Below are positions 18,001 to 36,000 of a stretch of DNA of 64,000 nt, one piece after another. A model generated the notes under the pieces. It was not told the origin of the DNA, did not search any database, and worked only from the letters and a program-made list of their open reading frames with translations. The translations under genes were made by a program, and so were the position numbers. This DNA is from Eledone cirrhosa (Eukaryota): positions 23,001 to 87,000 of the forward strand of contig CAXHJY010001303.1 of assembly GCA_964016885.1 (NCBI GenBank), in the 5' to 3' direction. Positions within the stretch are counted from its first letter, which is position 1. Each line of letters opens with the position of its first letter.

Positions 18001-21000
18001 TATACATGGTTTGTAACGTATATATATATACATGGTTTGTAACGTATATATATATACATGGTTTGTAACGTATATATATATACATGGTCTGTAACGTATA
18101 TATATATACATGGTTTGTAACGTATATATATATATATACATGGTCTGTAACGTATATATATATACATGCTCTGTAACGTATATATATACATGGTCTGTAA
18201 CGTATATATATATACATGGTCTGTAACATATATATATATACATGGTTTGTAACGTATATATACATGGTCTGTAACGTATATATATATATACATGGTCTGT
18301 AACGTATATATATATACATTGTTTGTAACGTATATATATATACATGGTCTGTAACGTATATATATACATGGTCTGTAACGTATATATATATACATGGTCT
18401 GTAACGTATATATATATACATGGTCTGTAACGTATATATACATGGTCTGTTACGTATATATATATACATGGTCTGTAACGTATATATATATACATGGTCT
18501 GTAACGTATATATATATACATGGTCTGTAACGTATATATATATACATGGTTTGTAAGAGATATATATATATATACATGGTCTGTAACGTATATATACATG
18601 GTCTGTAACGTATATATATATACATGGTTTGTAACGTATATATATATACATGGTCTGTAACGTATATATATACATGGTCTGTAACGTATATATACATAGT
18701 TTGTAACGTATATATATATACATGGTCTGTAACGTATATATACATGGTTTGTAACGTATATATATATACATGGTCTGTAACGTATATATATACATGGTCT
18801 GTAACGTATATATATATACATGGTCTGTAACGTATATATATATACATGGTCTGTAACGTATATATATATGGTTTGTAACGTATATATATATACATGGTTT
18901 GTAACGTATATATATATACATGGTCTGTAACGTATATATATATATACATGGTTTGTAACGTATATATATATACATGGTTTGTAACGTATATATATATACA
19001 TGGTTTGTAACGTATATATATATATACATGGTTTGTAACATATATATGTATACATGGTCTGTAACGTATATATATATACATGGTCTGTAACGTATATATA
19101 CATGGTCTGTAACGTATATATATATACATGGTCTGTAACGTATATATATATATACATGGTTTGTAACATATATATATATACATGGTCTGTAACATATATA
19201 TACATGGTCTGTAACGTATATATATATACATGGTTTGTAACGTATATATATACATGGTTTGTAACGTATATATATATACATGGTCTGTAACGTATATATA
19301 TATACATGGTCTGTAACGTATATATATATACATGGTCTGGAACGTATATATATATACATGGTTTGTAATGTATATATATATACATGGTCTGTAACGTATA
19401 TATACATAAATGGTCTGTAACGTATATATATATACATGGTCTGTAACGTATATATATATATACATGGTCTGTAACGTATATATATACATCGTCTGTAACG
19501 TATATATACATACATGGTCTGTAACATATATATATATACATGGTCTGTAACGTATATATATATACATGGTCGGTAACGTATATATATATACATGGTCTGT
19601 AACGTATATATACATGGTCTGTAACGTATATATATATACATGGTTTGTAACGTATATATATATACATGGTCTGTAACGTATATATATATACATGGTCTGT
19701 AACGTATATATATATATACATGGTCTGTAACGTATATATACAGGGTTTGTAACGTATATATATATACATGGTCTGTAACGTATATATACATGGTTTGTAA
19801 CGTATATATATATACATGGTCTGTAACGTATATATATATACTTTGTCTGTAACGTATATATATACATGGTCTGTAACGTATATATATATATACATGGTTT
19901 GTAACATATATATATATATACATGGTCTGTAACGTATATATATATACATGGTCTGTAACGTATATATATATACATGGTCTGTAACGTATATATATATATA
20001 CATGGTCTGTAACGTATATATATATACATGGTCTTTAACGTATATATACATGGTCTGTAACATATATATACATGGTTTGTAACGTATATATATATACATG
20101 GTTTGTAACGTATATATATATACATGGTCTGTAACGTATATATATATATATACATGGTCTGTAACGTATATATATATACATGGTTTGTAACATATATATA
20201 TATATACATGGTCTGTAACGTATATATATATACATGGTCTGTAACGTATATATACATGGTCTGTAACGTATATATATATACATGGTCTGTAACGTATATA
20301 TATATACATGGTCTGTAACGTATATATATGTACATGGTCTGTAACGTTTTATATATATACATTGTTTGTAACATATATATATATACATGGTCTGTAACGT
20401 ATATATACATGGTCTGTAACGTATATATATATACATAGTTTGTAACGTATATATATATACATGGTCTGTAACGTATATATATACATGGTCTGTAACGTAT
20501 ATATACATGGTCTGTAACGTATATATATATACATGGTTTGTAACGTATATATATATACATGGTCTGTAACGTATATATATACATGGTCTGTAACGTATAT
20601 ATACATGGTTTGTAACGTATATATATATACATGGTCTGTAACGTATATATATACATGGTCTGTAACGTATATATATATACATGGTCTGTAACGTGTATAT
20701 ATATACATGATTTGTAACATATATATATATATACATGGTCTGTAACGTATATATATATACATGGTCTGTAACGTATATATATATATACATCGTCTGTAAC
20801 GTATATATATATATACATCGTCTGTAACGTATATGTATATACATGGTCTGTAACGAATATATATATATACATGGTCTGTAACGTATATATATATACATTG
20901 TTTGTAACGTATATATACATGGTTTGTAACGTATATATATATATACATGGTTTGTAACGTATATATATATACATGGTTTGTAACGTATATATATATACAT

Positions 21001-24000
21001 GGTCTGTAACGTATATATATATACATGGTCTGTAACGTATATATATACATGGTCTGTAACGTATATATATATACATGGTCTGTAACGTATATATATATAC
21101 ATGGTTTGTAACGTATATATATACATGGTTTGTAACATATATATACATGGTCTGTAACGTATATATATAAATACATGGTCTGTAACGTATATATATATAC
21201 ATGGTTTGTAACGTATATATATATACATGGTCTGTAACGTATATATATACATGGTCTGTAACGTATATATATATACATGGTCTGTAACGTATATATATAT
21301 ACATGGTCTGTAACGTATATATACATGGTCTGTAACGTATATATATATACATGGTCTGTAACGTATATATATATACATTGTCTGTAACGTATATATATAT
21401 ACATGGTTTGTAACATATATATATATATATATACATGGTCTGTAACCTATATATATACATGGTCTGTAACGTATATATACATAGTTTGTAACGTATATAT
21501 ATATACATGGTCTGTAACGTATATATACATGGTTTGTAACGTATATATATATACATGGTCTGTAACGTATATATATATACATGGTCTGTAACGTATATAT
21601 ATACATGGTCTGTAACGTATATATATATACATGGTTTGTAACATATATATATATATATACATGATCTGTAACGTATATATATATACATGGTCTGTAACGT
21701 ATATATATACATGGTCTGTAACGTATATATATATACATGGTTTGTAACGTATATATGTATACATCGTCTGTAACGTATATATACATGGGCTGTAAGGTAT
21801 ATATATATATACATGGTTTGTAACATATATATATACATGGTTTGTAACGTATATATATATACATGGTCTGTAACGTATATACATATACATGGTCTGTAAC
21901 GTATATATATATACATGGTCTGTAACGTATATATATATATACATGGTTTGTAACGTATATATATATACATCGTCTGTAACGTATATATACATAAATGGTC
22001 TGTAACGTATATATATATACATAGTCTGTAACGTATATATATATACATGGTCTGTAACGTATATATATACATCGTCTGTAACGTATATATACATACATGG
22101 TCTGTAACGTATATATAAATACATGGTCTGTAACGTATATATATATACATGGTCTGTAACGTATATATATATACATGGTCTGTAACGTATATATACATGG
22201 TCTGTAACGTATATATATATACATGGTTTGTAATGTATATATATATACATGGTCTGTAACGTATATATATATACATGGTTTGTAATGTATATATATATAC
22301 ATGGTCTGTAACGTATATATACATGGTCTGTAACGTATATATATATACATAGGTCTGTAACGTATATATATATACATGGTCTGTAACGTATATATACATG
22401 GTCTGTAACGTATATATATATACATGGTCTGTAACGTATATATATATACATGGTCTGTAACGTATATATACATGGTCTGTAACGTATATATATATACATC
22501 GTCTGTAACGTATATATATATACATGGTCTGTAACGTATATATATATACATGGTCTGTAACGTATATATATACATGGTCTGTAACGTATATATACATGGT
22601 TTGTAACGTATATATATATACATCGTCTGTAACGTATATATATACATCGTCTGTAACGTATATATACATGGTTTGTAACGTATATATATATACATGGTCT
22701 GTAACGTATATATACATGGTCTGTAACGTATATATATATACATGGTCTGTAACGTATATATATACATGGTCTGTAACGTATATATATATACATGATTTGT
22801 AACATATATATATATATACATGGTCTGTAACGTATATATATATACATTGTCTGTAACGTATATATATATATATACGTGGTCTGTAACGTATATATATATA
22901 CATGGTTTGTAACGTATATATACATGGTTTGTAACGTATATATATATACATGGTCTGTAACGTATATATATTTACATGGTTTGTAACGTATATATATATA
23001 TATACATGGTCTGTAACGTATATATATATATATACATGGTCTGTAACGTATATATATATACATGGTCTGTAACGTATATATATACATGGTCTGTAACGTA
23101 TATATATATACATGGTCTGTAACGTATATATATATACATGGTTTGTAACGTATATATACATGGTCTGTAACGTATATATATATACATGGTTTGTAACATA
23201 TATATACATGGTCTGTAACGTATATATATATATACATGGTCTGTAACGTATATATATATACATGGTTTGTAACGTATATATATATACATGGTCTGTAACG
23301 TATATATATATACATGGTCTGTAACGTATATATATATATACATGGTTTGTAACGTATATATATATACATCGTCTGTAACGTATATATACATAAATGGTCT
23401 GTAACGTATATATATATACATAGTCTGTAACGTATATATATATACATGGTCTGTAACGTATATATATACATCGTCTGTAACGTATATATACATACATGGT
23501 CTGTAACGTATATATAAATACATGGTCTGTAACGTATATATATATACATGGTCTGTAACGTATATATATATACATGGTCTGTAACGTATATATACATGGT
23601 CTGTAACGTATATATATATACATGGTTTGTAATGTATATATATATACATGGTCTGTAACGTATATATACATGGTCTGTAAGGTATATATATATACATAGG
23701 TCTGTAACGTATATATATATACATGGTCTGTAACGTATATATACATGGTCTGTAACGTATATATATATACATGGTCTGTAACGTATATATATATACATGG
23801 TCTGTAACGTATATATACATGGTCTGTAACGTATATATATATACATCGTCTGTAACGTATATATATATACATCGTCTGTAACGTATATATATATACATGG
23901 TCTGTAACGTATATATATATACATGGTCTGTAACGTATATATATACATGGTCTGTAACGTATATATACATGGTTTGTAACGTATATATATATACATCGTC

Positions 24001-27000
24001 TGTAACGTATATATATACATCGTCTGTAACGTATATATACATGGTTTGTAACGTATATATATATACATGGTCTGTAACGTATATATACATGGTCTGTAAC
24101 GTATATATATATACATGGTCTGTTACGTATATATATACATGGTCTGTAACGTATATATATATACATGATTTGTAACATATATATATATATACATGGTCTG
24201 TAACGTATATATATATACATTGTCTGTAACGTATATATATATATACGTGGTCTGTAACGTATATATATATACATGGTTTGTAACGTATATATACATGGTT
24301 TGTAACGTATATATATATACATGGTCTGTAACGTATATATATATACATGGTTTGTAACGTATATATATATATATACATGGTCTGTAACGTATATATATAT
24401 ATATACATGGTCTGTAACGTATATATATACATGGTCTGTAACGTATATATATATACATGGTCTGTAACGTATATATATATACATGGTTTGTAACGTATAT
24501 ATACATGGTCTGTAACGTATATATATATACATGGTTTGTAACATATATATACATGGTCTGTAACGTATATATATATATACATGGTCTGTAACGTATATAT
24601 ATATACATGGTTTGTAACGTATATATATATACATGGTCTGTAACGTATATATATATACATGGTCTGTAACGTATATATATATACATGGTCTGTAACGTAT
24701 ATATACATGGTCTGTAACGTATATATATATACATGGTCTGTAACGTATATATACATGGTCTGTAACGTATATATATATACATGGTCTGTAACGTATATAT
24801 ACATGGTCTGTAACGTATATATATATACATGGTCTGTAACGTATATATATATACATGGTCTGTAACGTATATATATATATACATGGTCTGTAACGTATAT
24901 ATATACATGGTCTGTAACGTATATATACATGGTATGTAACGTATATATATACATGGTCTGTAACGTATATATACATGGTTTGTAACGTATATATATATAC
25001 ATGGTCTGTAACGTATATATACATGGTCTGTAACGTATATATATATACATGGTCTGTAACGTATATATATATATACATGGTCTGTAACATATATATATAT
25101 ACATGATTTGTAACATACATATACATATACATGGTCTGCAACGTATATATATATACATGGTCTGTACCGTATATATATATACATGGTCTGTAACGTATAT
25201 ATATATATACATGGTCTGTAACGTATATATATATATACATGGTTTGTAACGTATATATACATGGTTTGTAACGTATATATATATACATGGTCTGTAACGT
25301 ATATATATATACATGGTTTGTAACGTATATATATATACATCGTTTGTAACGTATATATATATACATGGTTTGTAACGTATATATATATATATACATGGTC
25401 TGTAACGTATATATATATACATGGTCTGTAACGTATATATATACATGGTCTGTAACGTATATATATATACATGGTCTGTAACGTATATATATATACATGG
25501 TTTGTAACGTATATATACATGGTCTGTAACGTATATATATATACATGGTTTGTAACATATATATACATGGTCTGTAACGTATATATATATATACATGGTC
25601 TGTAACGTATATATATATACATGGTTTGTAACGTATATATATATACATGGTCTGTAACGTATATATATACATGGTCTGTAACGTATATATATATGCATGG
25701 TCTGTAACGTATATATATATACATGGTCTGTAACGTATATATACATGGTCTGTAACGTATATATATATACATGGTCTGTAACATATATATATATACATGG
25801 TCTGTAACGTATATATATATACATGGGTTGTAACATATATATATATATATATACATGGTTTGTAACGTATATATACATGGTTTGTAACGTATATATATAT
25901 ATACATGGTCTGTAACGTATATATACATGGTCTGTAACGTATATATATATACATGGTTTTTAACGTATATATATATACATGGTCTGTAACGTATATATAT
26001 ACATGGTCTGTAACGTATATATACATAGTTTGTAACGTATATATATATACATGGTCTGTAACGTATATATACATGGTTTGTAACGTATATATATATACAT
26101 GGTCTGTAACGTATATATATACATGGTCTGTAACGTATATATATATACATGGTTTGTAACATATATATATATATACATGGTCTGTAACGTATATATATAT
26201 ATACATGGTCTGTAACGTATATATATATATACATGGTCTGTAACGTATATATATATACATGGTCTGTAACGTATATATATATACATGGTTTGTAACGTAT
26301 ATATACATGGTTTTTAACGTATATATATATACATGGTCTGTAACGTATATATATATACATGGTTTGTAACGTATATATATATATACATGGTTTGTAACAT
26401 ATATATATATACATGGTCTGTAACGTATATATATATACATGGTCTGTAACGTATATATACATGGTCTGTAACGTATATATATATACATGGTCTGTAACGT
26501 ATATATATATACATGGTCTGTAACGTATATATATATACATGGTCTGTAACGTATATATATATACATGGTTTGTAACATATATATATATACATGGTCTGTA
26601 ACGTATATATACATGGTCTGTAACGTATATATATATACATGGTTTGTAACGTATATATGTATACATCGTCTGTAACGTATATATATACATGGTCTGTAAC
26701 GTATATATACATGGTCTGTAACGTATATATATATGCATGGTTTGTAACGTATATATATATACATGGTCTGTAACGTATATATATATACATGGTCTGTAAC
26801 GTATATATATATACATGGTCTGTAACGTATATATATATACATGGTTTGTAACGTATATATATATACATCGTCTGTAACGTATATATACATAAATGGTCTG
26901 TAACGTATATATATATACATGGTCTGTAACGTATATATATATACATGGTCTGTAACGTATATATATACATCGTCTGTAACGTATATATACATAAATGGTC

Positions 27001-30000
27001 TGTAACGTATATATATATACATGGTCTGTAACGTATATATATATACATGGTCTGTAACGTATATATATATACATGGTCTGTAACGTATATATATACATCG
27101 TCTGTAACGTATATATACATACATGGTCTGTAACGTATATATATATACATGGTTTGTAACGTATATATATATATATACATGGTCTGTAACGTATATATAT
27201 ATATATACATGGTCTGTAACGTATATATATATACATGGTCTGTAACGTATATATATACATGGTCTGTAACGTATATATATATACATGGTCTGTAACGTAT
27301 ATATATATACATGGTTTGTAACGTATATATACATGGTCTGTAACGTATATATATATACATGGTTTGTAACATATATATACATGGTCTGTAACGTATATAT
27401 ATATATACATGGTCTGTAACGTATATATATATACATGGTTTGTAACGTATATATATATACATGGTCTGTAACGTATATATATATACATGGTCTGTAACGT
27501 ATATATATATACATGGTCTGTAACGTATATATACATGGTCTGTAACGTATATATATATACATGGTCTGTAACGTATATATACATGGTCTGTAACGTATAT
27601 ATATATACATGGTCTGTAACGTATATATACATGGTCTGTAACGTATATATATATACATGGTCTGTAACGTATATATATATACATGGTCTGTAACGTATAT
27701 ATATATATACATGGTCTGTAACGTATATATATACATGGTCTGTAACGTATATATACATGGTCTGTAACGTATATATATACATGGTCTGTAACGTATATAT
27801 ACATGGTTTGTAACGTATATATATATACATGGTCTGTAACGTATATATACATGGTCTGTAACGTATATATATATACATGGTCTGTAACGTATATATATAT
27901 ATACATGGTCTGTAACATATATATATATACATGATTTGTAACATATATATACATATACATGGTCTGCAACGTATATATATATACATGGTCTGTACCGTAT
28001 ATATATATACATGGTCTGTAACGTATATATATATATACATGGTCTGTAACGTATATATATATATACATGGTTTGTAACGTATATATACATGGTTTGTAAC
28101 GTATATATATATACATGGTCTGTAACGTATATATATATACATGGTTTGTAACGTATATATACATCGTTTGTAACGTATATATATATACATGGTTTGTAAC
28201 GTATATATATATATATACATGGTCTGTAACGTATATATATATACATGGTCTGTAACGTATATATATACATGGTCTGTAACGTATATATATATACATGGTC
28301 TGTAACGTATATATATATACATGGTTTGTAACGTATATATACATGGTCTGTAACGTATATATATATACATGGTTTGTAACATATATATACATGGTCTGTA
28401 ACGTATATATATACATGGTCTGTAACGTATATATATATGCATGGTCTGTAACGTATATATATATACATGGTCTGTAACGTATATATACATGGTCTGTAAC
28501 GTATATATATATACATGGTCTGTAACATATATATATATACATGGTCTGTAACGTATATATATATACATGGGTTGTAACATATATATATATATATATACAT
28601 GGTTTGTAACGTATATATACATGGTTTGTAACGTATATATATATATACATGGTCTGTAACGTATATATACATGGTCTGTAACGTATATATATATACATGG
28701 TCTGTAACGTATATATATACATGGTCTGTAACGTATATATACATAGTTTGTAACGTATATATATATATATGGTCTGTAACGTATATATACATGGTTTGTA
28801 ACGTATATATATATACATGGTCTGTAACGTATATATATACATGGTCTGTAACGTATATATATATACATGGTTTGTAACATATATATATATATACATGGTC
28901 TGTAACGTATATATATATACATGGTCTGTAACGTATATATATATATACATGGTCTGTAACGTATATATATATACATGGTCTGTAACGTATATATATATAC
29001 ATGGTTTGTAACGTATATATACATGGTTTTTAACGTATATATATATACATGGTCTGTAACGTATATATATATACATGGTTTGTAACGTATATATATATAT
29101 ACATGGTTTGTAACATATATATATATACATGGTCTGTAACGTATATATATATACATGGTCTGTAACGTATATATACATGGTCTGTAACGTATATATATAT
29201 ACATGGTCTGTAACGTATATATATATACATGGTCTGTAACGTATATATATATACATGGTCTGTAACGTATATATATATACATGGTTTGTAACATATATAT
29301 ATATACATGGTCTGTAACGTATATATACATGGTCTGTAACGTATATATATATACATGGTTTGTAACGTATATATGTATACATCGTCTGTAACGTATATAT
29401 ATACATGGTCTGTAACGTATATATACATGGTCTGTAACGTATATATATATGCATGGTTTGTAACGTATATATATATACATGGTCTGTAACGTATATATAT
29501 ATACATGGTCTGTAACGTATATATATATACATGGTCTGTAACGTATATATATATACATGGTTTGTAACGTATATATATATACATCGTCTGTAACGTATAT
29601 ATACATAAATGGTCTGTAACGTATATATATATACATGGTCTGTAACGTATATATATATACATGGTCTGTAACGTATATATATATACATGGTCTGTAACGT
29701 ATATATATACATCGTCTGTAACGTATATATACATACATGGTCTGTAACGTATATATATATACATGGTCTGAAACGTATATATATATACATGGTCTGTAAC
29801 GTATATATATATACATGGTTTGTAACGTATATATATATACATGGTCTGTAACATATATATATATATACATGGTCTGTAACGTATATATATATATACATGG
29901 TCTGTAACGTATATATACATGGTCTGTAACGTATATATATATACATTGTCTGTAACGTATATATACATGGTCTGTAACGTATATATATATACATGGTCTG

Positions 30001-33000
30001 TAACGTATATATACATGGTCTGTAACGTATATATATATACATGGTTTGTAATGTATATATATATATACATGGTCTGTAACGTATATATATATACATGGTT
30101 TGTAACGTATATATATATACAGGGTCTGTAACGTATATATATACATGGTTTGTAACGTATATATATACATGGTTTGTAACGTATATATACATGGTCTGTA
30201 ACGTATATATATACATGGTTTGTAACGTATATATATATACATAGTTTGTAACGTATATATATATACTTGGTCTGTAACGTATATATATATATATATACAT
30301 GGTTTGTAACGTATATATACATGGTTTGTAACGTATATATATATACATGGTCTGTAACGTATATATATATACATGGTCTGTAACATATATATATATATAC
30401 ATGGTCTGTAACGTATATATATATACATTGTCTGTAACGTATATATACATGGTCTGTAACGTATATATATATACATGGTCTGTAACGTATATATACATAC
30501 ATGGTCTGTAACGTATATATATATACATGGTCTGTAACGTGTATATATATACATGGTCTGTAACGTATATATATATACATGGTCTGTAACGTATATATAT
30601 ACATGGTTTGTAACGTATATATATATACATGGTCTGTAACGTATATATATATACATGGTCTGTAACGTATATATATACATGGTTTGTAACGTATATATAT
30701 ATACATGGTCTGTAACGTATATATATATACATGGTCTGTAACGTATATATATACATGGTCTGTAACGTATATATATAAACATGGTCTGTAACGTATATAT
30801 ATATACATGGTCTGTAACAGATATATATACATGGTTTGTAACGTATATATATATACATGGTCTGTAACGTATATATATATACATGGGCTGTAACGTATAT
30901 ATATATACATGGTTTGTAACGTATATATATATACACTGTCTGTAACGTATATATATACATGGTCTGTAACGTATATATATATACATGGTCTGTAACATAT
31001 ATATATATACATGGTTTGTAACGTATATATATACATGGTCTGTAACGTATATATATATACATGGTTTGTAACGTATATATATATACATGGTCTGTAACGT
31101 ATATATATATACATGGTCTGTAACGTATATATATACATGGTTTGTAACGTATATATATATACATGGTCTGTAATGTATATATATATACATGGTCTGTAAC
31201 GTATATATACATACATGGTCTGTAACGTATATATGTATACATGGTCTGTAACGTATATATACATGGTCTGTAACGTATATATATATACATGGTCTGTAAC
31301 GTATATATATATATATACATGGTCTGTAACGTATATATATATACATGGTCTGTAACGTATATATATACATGGTCTGTAACGTATATATATATACATCGTC
31401 TGTAACGTATATATATATACATGGTCTGTAACGTATATATATACATGGTCTGTAACGTATATATATATGCATGGTCTGTAACGTATATATACATACATGG
31501 TCTGTAACGTATATATATATACATGGTCTGTAACGTATATATATATACATAGTTGGTAACGTATATATACAAGGTCTGTAACGTATATATATATACATGG
31601 TTTGTAATGTATATATATATATACATTGTTTGTAACGTATATATATATACAGGGTCTGTAACGTATATATATACATGGTTTGTAACGTATATATATACAT
31701 GGTTTGTAACGTATATATACATGGTATGTAACGTATATATATACATGGTTTGTAACGTATATATATATATACATAGTTTGTAACGTATATATATATACTT
31801 GGTCTGTAACGTTTATATATATACATGGTCTGTAACGTATATATATATATATATATACATGGTTTGTAACGTATATATACATGGTTTGTAACGTATATAT
31901 ATATACATGGTCTGTAACGTATATATATATACATGGTCTATAACGTATATATATATACATGGTCTGTAACGTATATATTTACATGGTTTGTAACGTATAT
32001 ATATATACATGGTCTGTAACGTATATATATATACATGGTCTGTAACGTATATATATACATTGTTTGTAACGTATATATATATACATCGTCTGTAACGTAT
32101 ATATATATACATGGTCTGTAACGTATATATATATACATGGTCTGTAACGTATATATATATACATGGTTTGTAACGTATATATATAAACATGGTCTGTAAC
32201 GTATATATATATACATGGTCTGTAACAGATATATATACATAGTTTGTAACGTATATATATATACATGGTCTGTAACGTATATATATATACATGGTCTGTA
32301 ACGTATATATATATACACTGTCTGTAACGTATATATATACATGGTCTGTAACGTATATATATATACATGGTTTGTAACGTATATATATATACATGGTTTG
32401 TAACGTATATATATATACATGGTTTGTAACGTATATATATACATGGTCTGTAACGTATATATATATACATGGTCTGTAACGTATATATATATACATGGTT
32501 TGTAACGTATATATATATACATGGTCTGTAACGTATATATATATACATGGTCTGTAACGTGTATATATATACATGGTCTGTAACGTATATATATATACAT
32601 GGTCTGTAACGTATATATATACATGGTCTGTAACGTATATATATATACATGGTCTGTAACGTATATATTTATACATGGTTTGTAACGTATATATACATGG
32701 TCTGTAACGTATATATATATACATGGTTTGTAATGTATATATATATATATACATGGTCTGTAACGTATATATATATACATGGTTTGTAACGTATATATAT
32801 ATACAGGGTCTGTAACGTATATATATACATGGTTTGTAACGTATATATATACATGGTTTGTAACGTATATATACATGGTCTGTAACGTATATATATACAT
32901 GGTTTGTAACGTATATATATATACATAGTTTGTAACGTATATATATATACTTGGTCTGTAACGTATATATATATACATGGTCTGTAACGTATATATATAT

Positions 33001-36000
33001 ATATACATGGTTTGTAACGTATATATACATGGTTTGTAACGTATATATATATACATGGTCTGTAACGTATATATATATACATGGTCTGTAACATATATAT
33101 ATACATGGTCTGTAACGTATATATATATACATGGTCTGTAACGTATATATATACATGGTTTGTAACGTATATATATATATACATGGTCTTTAACGTATAT
33201 ATATATACATGGTCTGTAACGTATATATATATACATGGTTTGTAACGTATATATATAAACATGGTCTGTAACGTATATATATATACATGGTCTGTAACAG
33301 ATATATATACATGGTTTGTAACGTATATATATATACATGGTCTGTAACGTATATATATATACATGGTCTGTAACGTATATATATATACATGGTTTGTAAC
33401 GTATATATATACATCGTCTGTAACGTATATATATATACATGGTCTGTAACGTATATATATATACATGGTCTGTAACGTATATATATACATGGTTTGTAAC
33501 GTATATATATATACATGGTCTGTAACGTATATATATATACATGGTCTGTAACGTATATATACATGGTCTGTAACGTATATATATATATACATGGTCTGTA
33601 ACGTATATATATATATGCATGGTCTGTAACGTATATATGTATACATGGTCTGTAACGTATATATATATACATGGTCTGTAACGTATATATACATGGTCTG
33701 TAACGTATATATATATACATGGTCTGTAACGTATATATATATACATGGTCTGTAACGTATATATATATACATGGTCTGTAACGTATATATATATACATCG
33801 TCTGTAACGTATATATATATACATGGTCTGTAACGTATATATATACATGGTCTGTAACGTATATATATATGCATGGTCTGTAACGTATATATACATACAT
33901 GGTCAGTAACGTATATATATATACATAGTTGGTAACGTATATATACATGGTCTGTAACGTATATATATATGTACATTGTTTGTAACGTATATATATATAC
34001 AGGGTCTGTAACGTATATATATACATGGTTTGTAACGTATATATATACATGGTTTGTAACGTATATATACATGGTATGTAACGTATATATATACATGGTT
34101 TGTAACGTATATATATATACATAGTTTGTAACGTATATATATATACTTGGTCTGTAACGTTTATATATATACATGGTCTGTAACGTATATATATATATAT
34201 ATATATACATGGTTTGTAACGTATATATACATGGTTTGTAACGTATATATATATACATCGTCTGTAACGTATATATATATACATGGTCTGTAACGTATAT
34301 ATATATACATGGTCTGTAACGTATATATATATACATGGTTTGTAACGTATATATATAAACATGTTCTGTAACGTATATATATACATGGTCTGTAACGTAT
34401 ATATATACATGGTCTGTAACGTATATATATATACATGGTCTGTAACGTATATATACATGGTCTGTAACGTATATATATATACATGGTCTGTAACGTATAT
34501 ATATATACATGTTCTGTAACGTATATATATATACATGGTCTGTAACGTATATATATACATGGTCTGTAACGTATATATATATACATGGTCTGTAACGTAT
34601 ATATATATACATGGTCTGTAACGTATATATATACATGGTCTGTAACGTATATATACATACATGGTCTGTAACGTATATATACATGGTCTGTAACGTATAT
34701 ATATATACATGGTCTGTAACGTATATATATATACTTGGTCTGTAACGTATATATATACATGGTCTGTAACGTATATATATATACATGGTTTGTAACGTAT
34801 ATATATATACAGGGTCTGTAACGTATATATATACATGGTTTGTAACGTATATATATACATGGTTTGTAACGTATATATACATGGTCTGTAATGTATATAT
34901 ATACATGGTTTGTAACGTATATATATATACTTGGTCTGTAACGTATATATATATAAATGGTCTGTAACGTATATATATATACATCGTTTGTAACGTATAT
35001 ATACATGGTTTGTAACGTATATATATATACATGGTCTGTAACGTATATATATATACATGGTCCGTAACGTATATATATACATGGTTTGTAACGTATATAT
35101 ATATATACATCGTCTGTAACGTATATATATACATGGTTTGTAACGTATATATATATACATGGTCTGTAACATATATATACATGGTCTGTAACGTATATAT
35201 ATATATATATATACATGGTTTGTAACGTATATATACATGGTTTGTAACGTATATATATATACATGGTTTGTAACGTATATATATATACATGGTCTGTAAC
35301 GTATATATATATATACATGGTCTGTAACGTATATATATACATGGTCTGTAACGTATATATATATACATGGTCTGTAACGTATATATATACATGGTTTGTA
35401 ACGTATATATATATACATGGTCTGTAACGTATATATATACATCGTTTGTAACGTATATATATATACATGGTCTGTAACGTATATATATACATGGTCTGTA
35501 ACGTATATATATATATATATACATGGTTTGTAACGTATATATACATGGTTTGTAACGTATATATATATACATGGTCTGTAACGTATATACATATACATGG
35601 TCTGTAACGTATATATATACATGGTTTGTAACGTATATATATATACATGGTCTGTAACGTATATATATATACATGTTCTGTAACGTATATATATATATAT
35701 ATACATGGTTTGTAACGTATATATACATGGTTTGTAACGTACATATATATACATGGTCTGTAACTTATATATATATATACATGGACTGTAACGTATATAT
35801 ATACATGGTCTGTAACGTGTATATATATATACATAGTTTGTAACGTATATATATAAACATGGTCTGTAACGTATATATATATACATGGTCTGTAACAGAT
35901 ATATATACATGGTTTGTAACGTATATATATATACATGGTCTGTAACGTATATATATATACATGGTCTGTAACGTATATATATATACATGGTCTGTAACGT

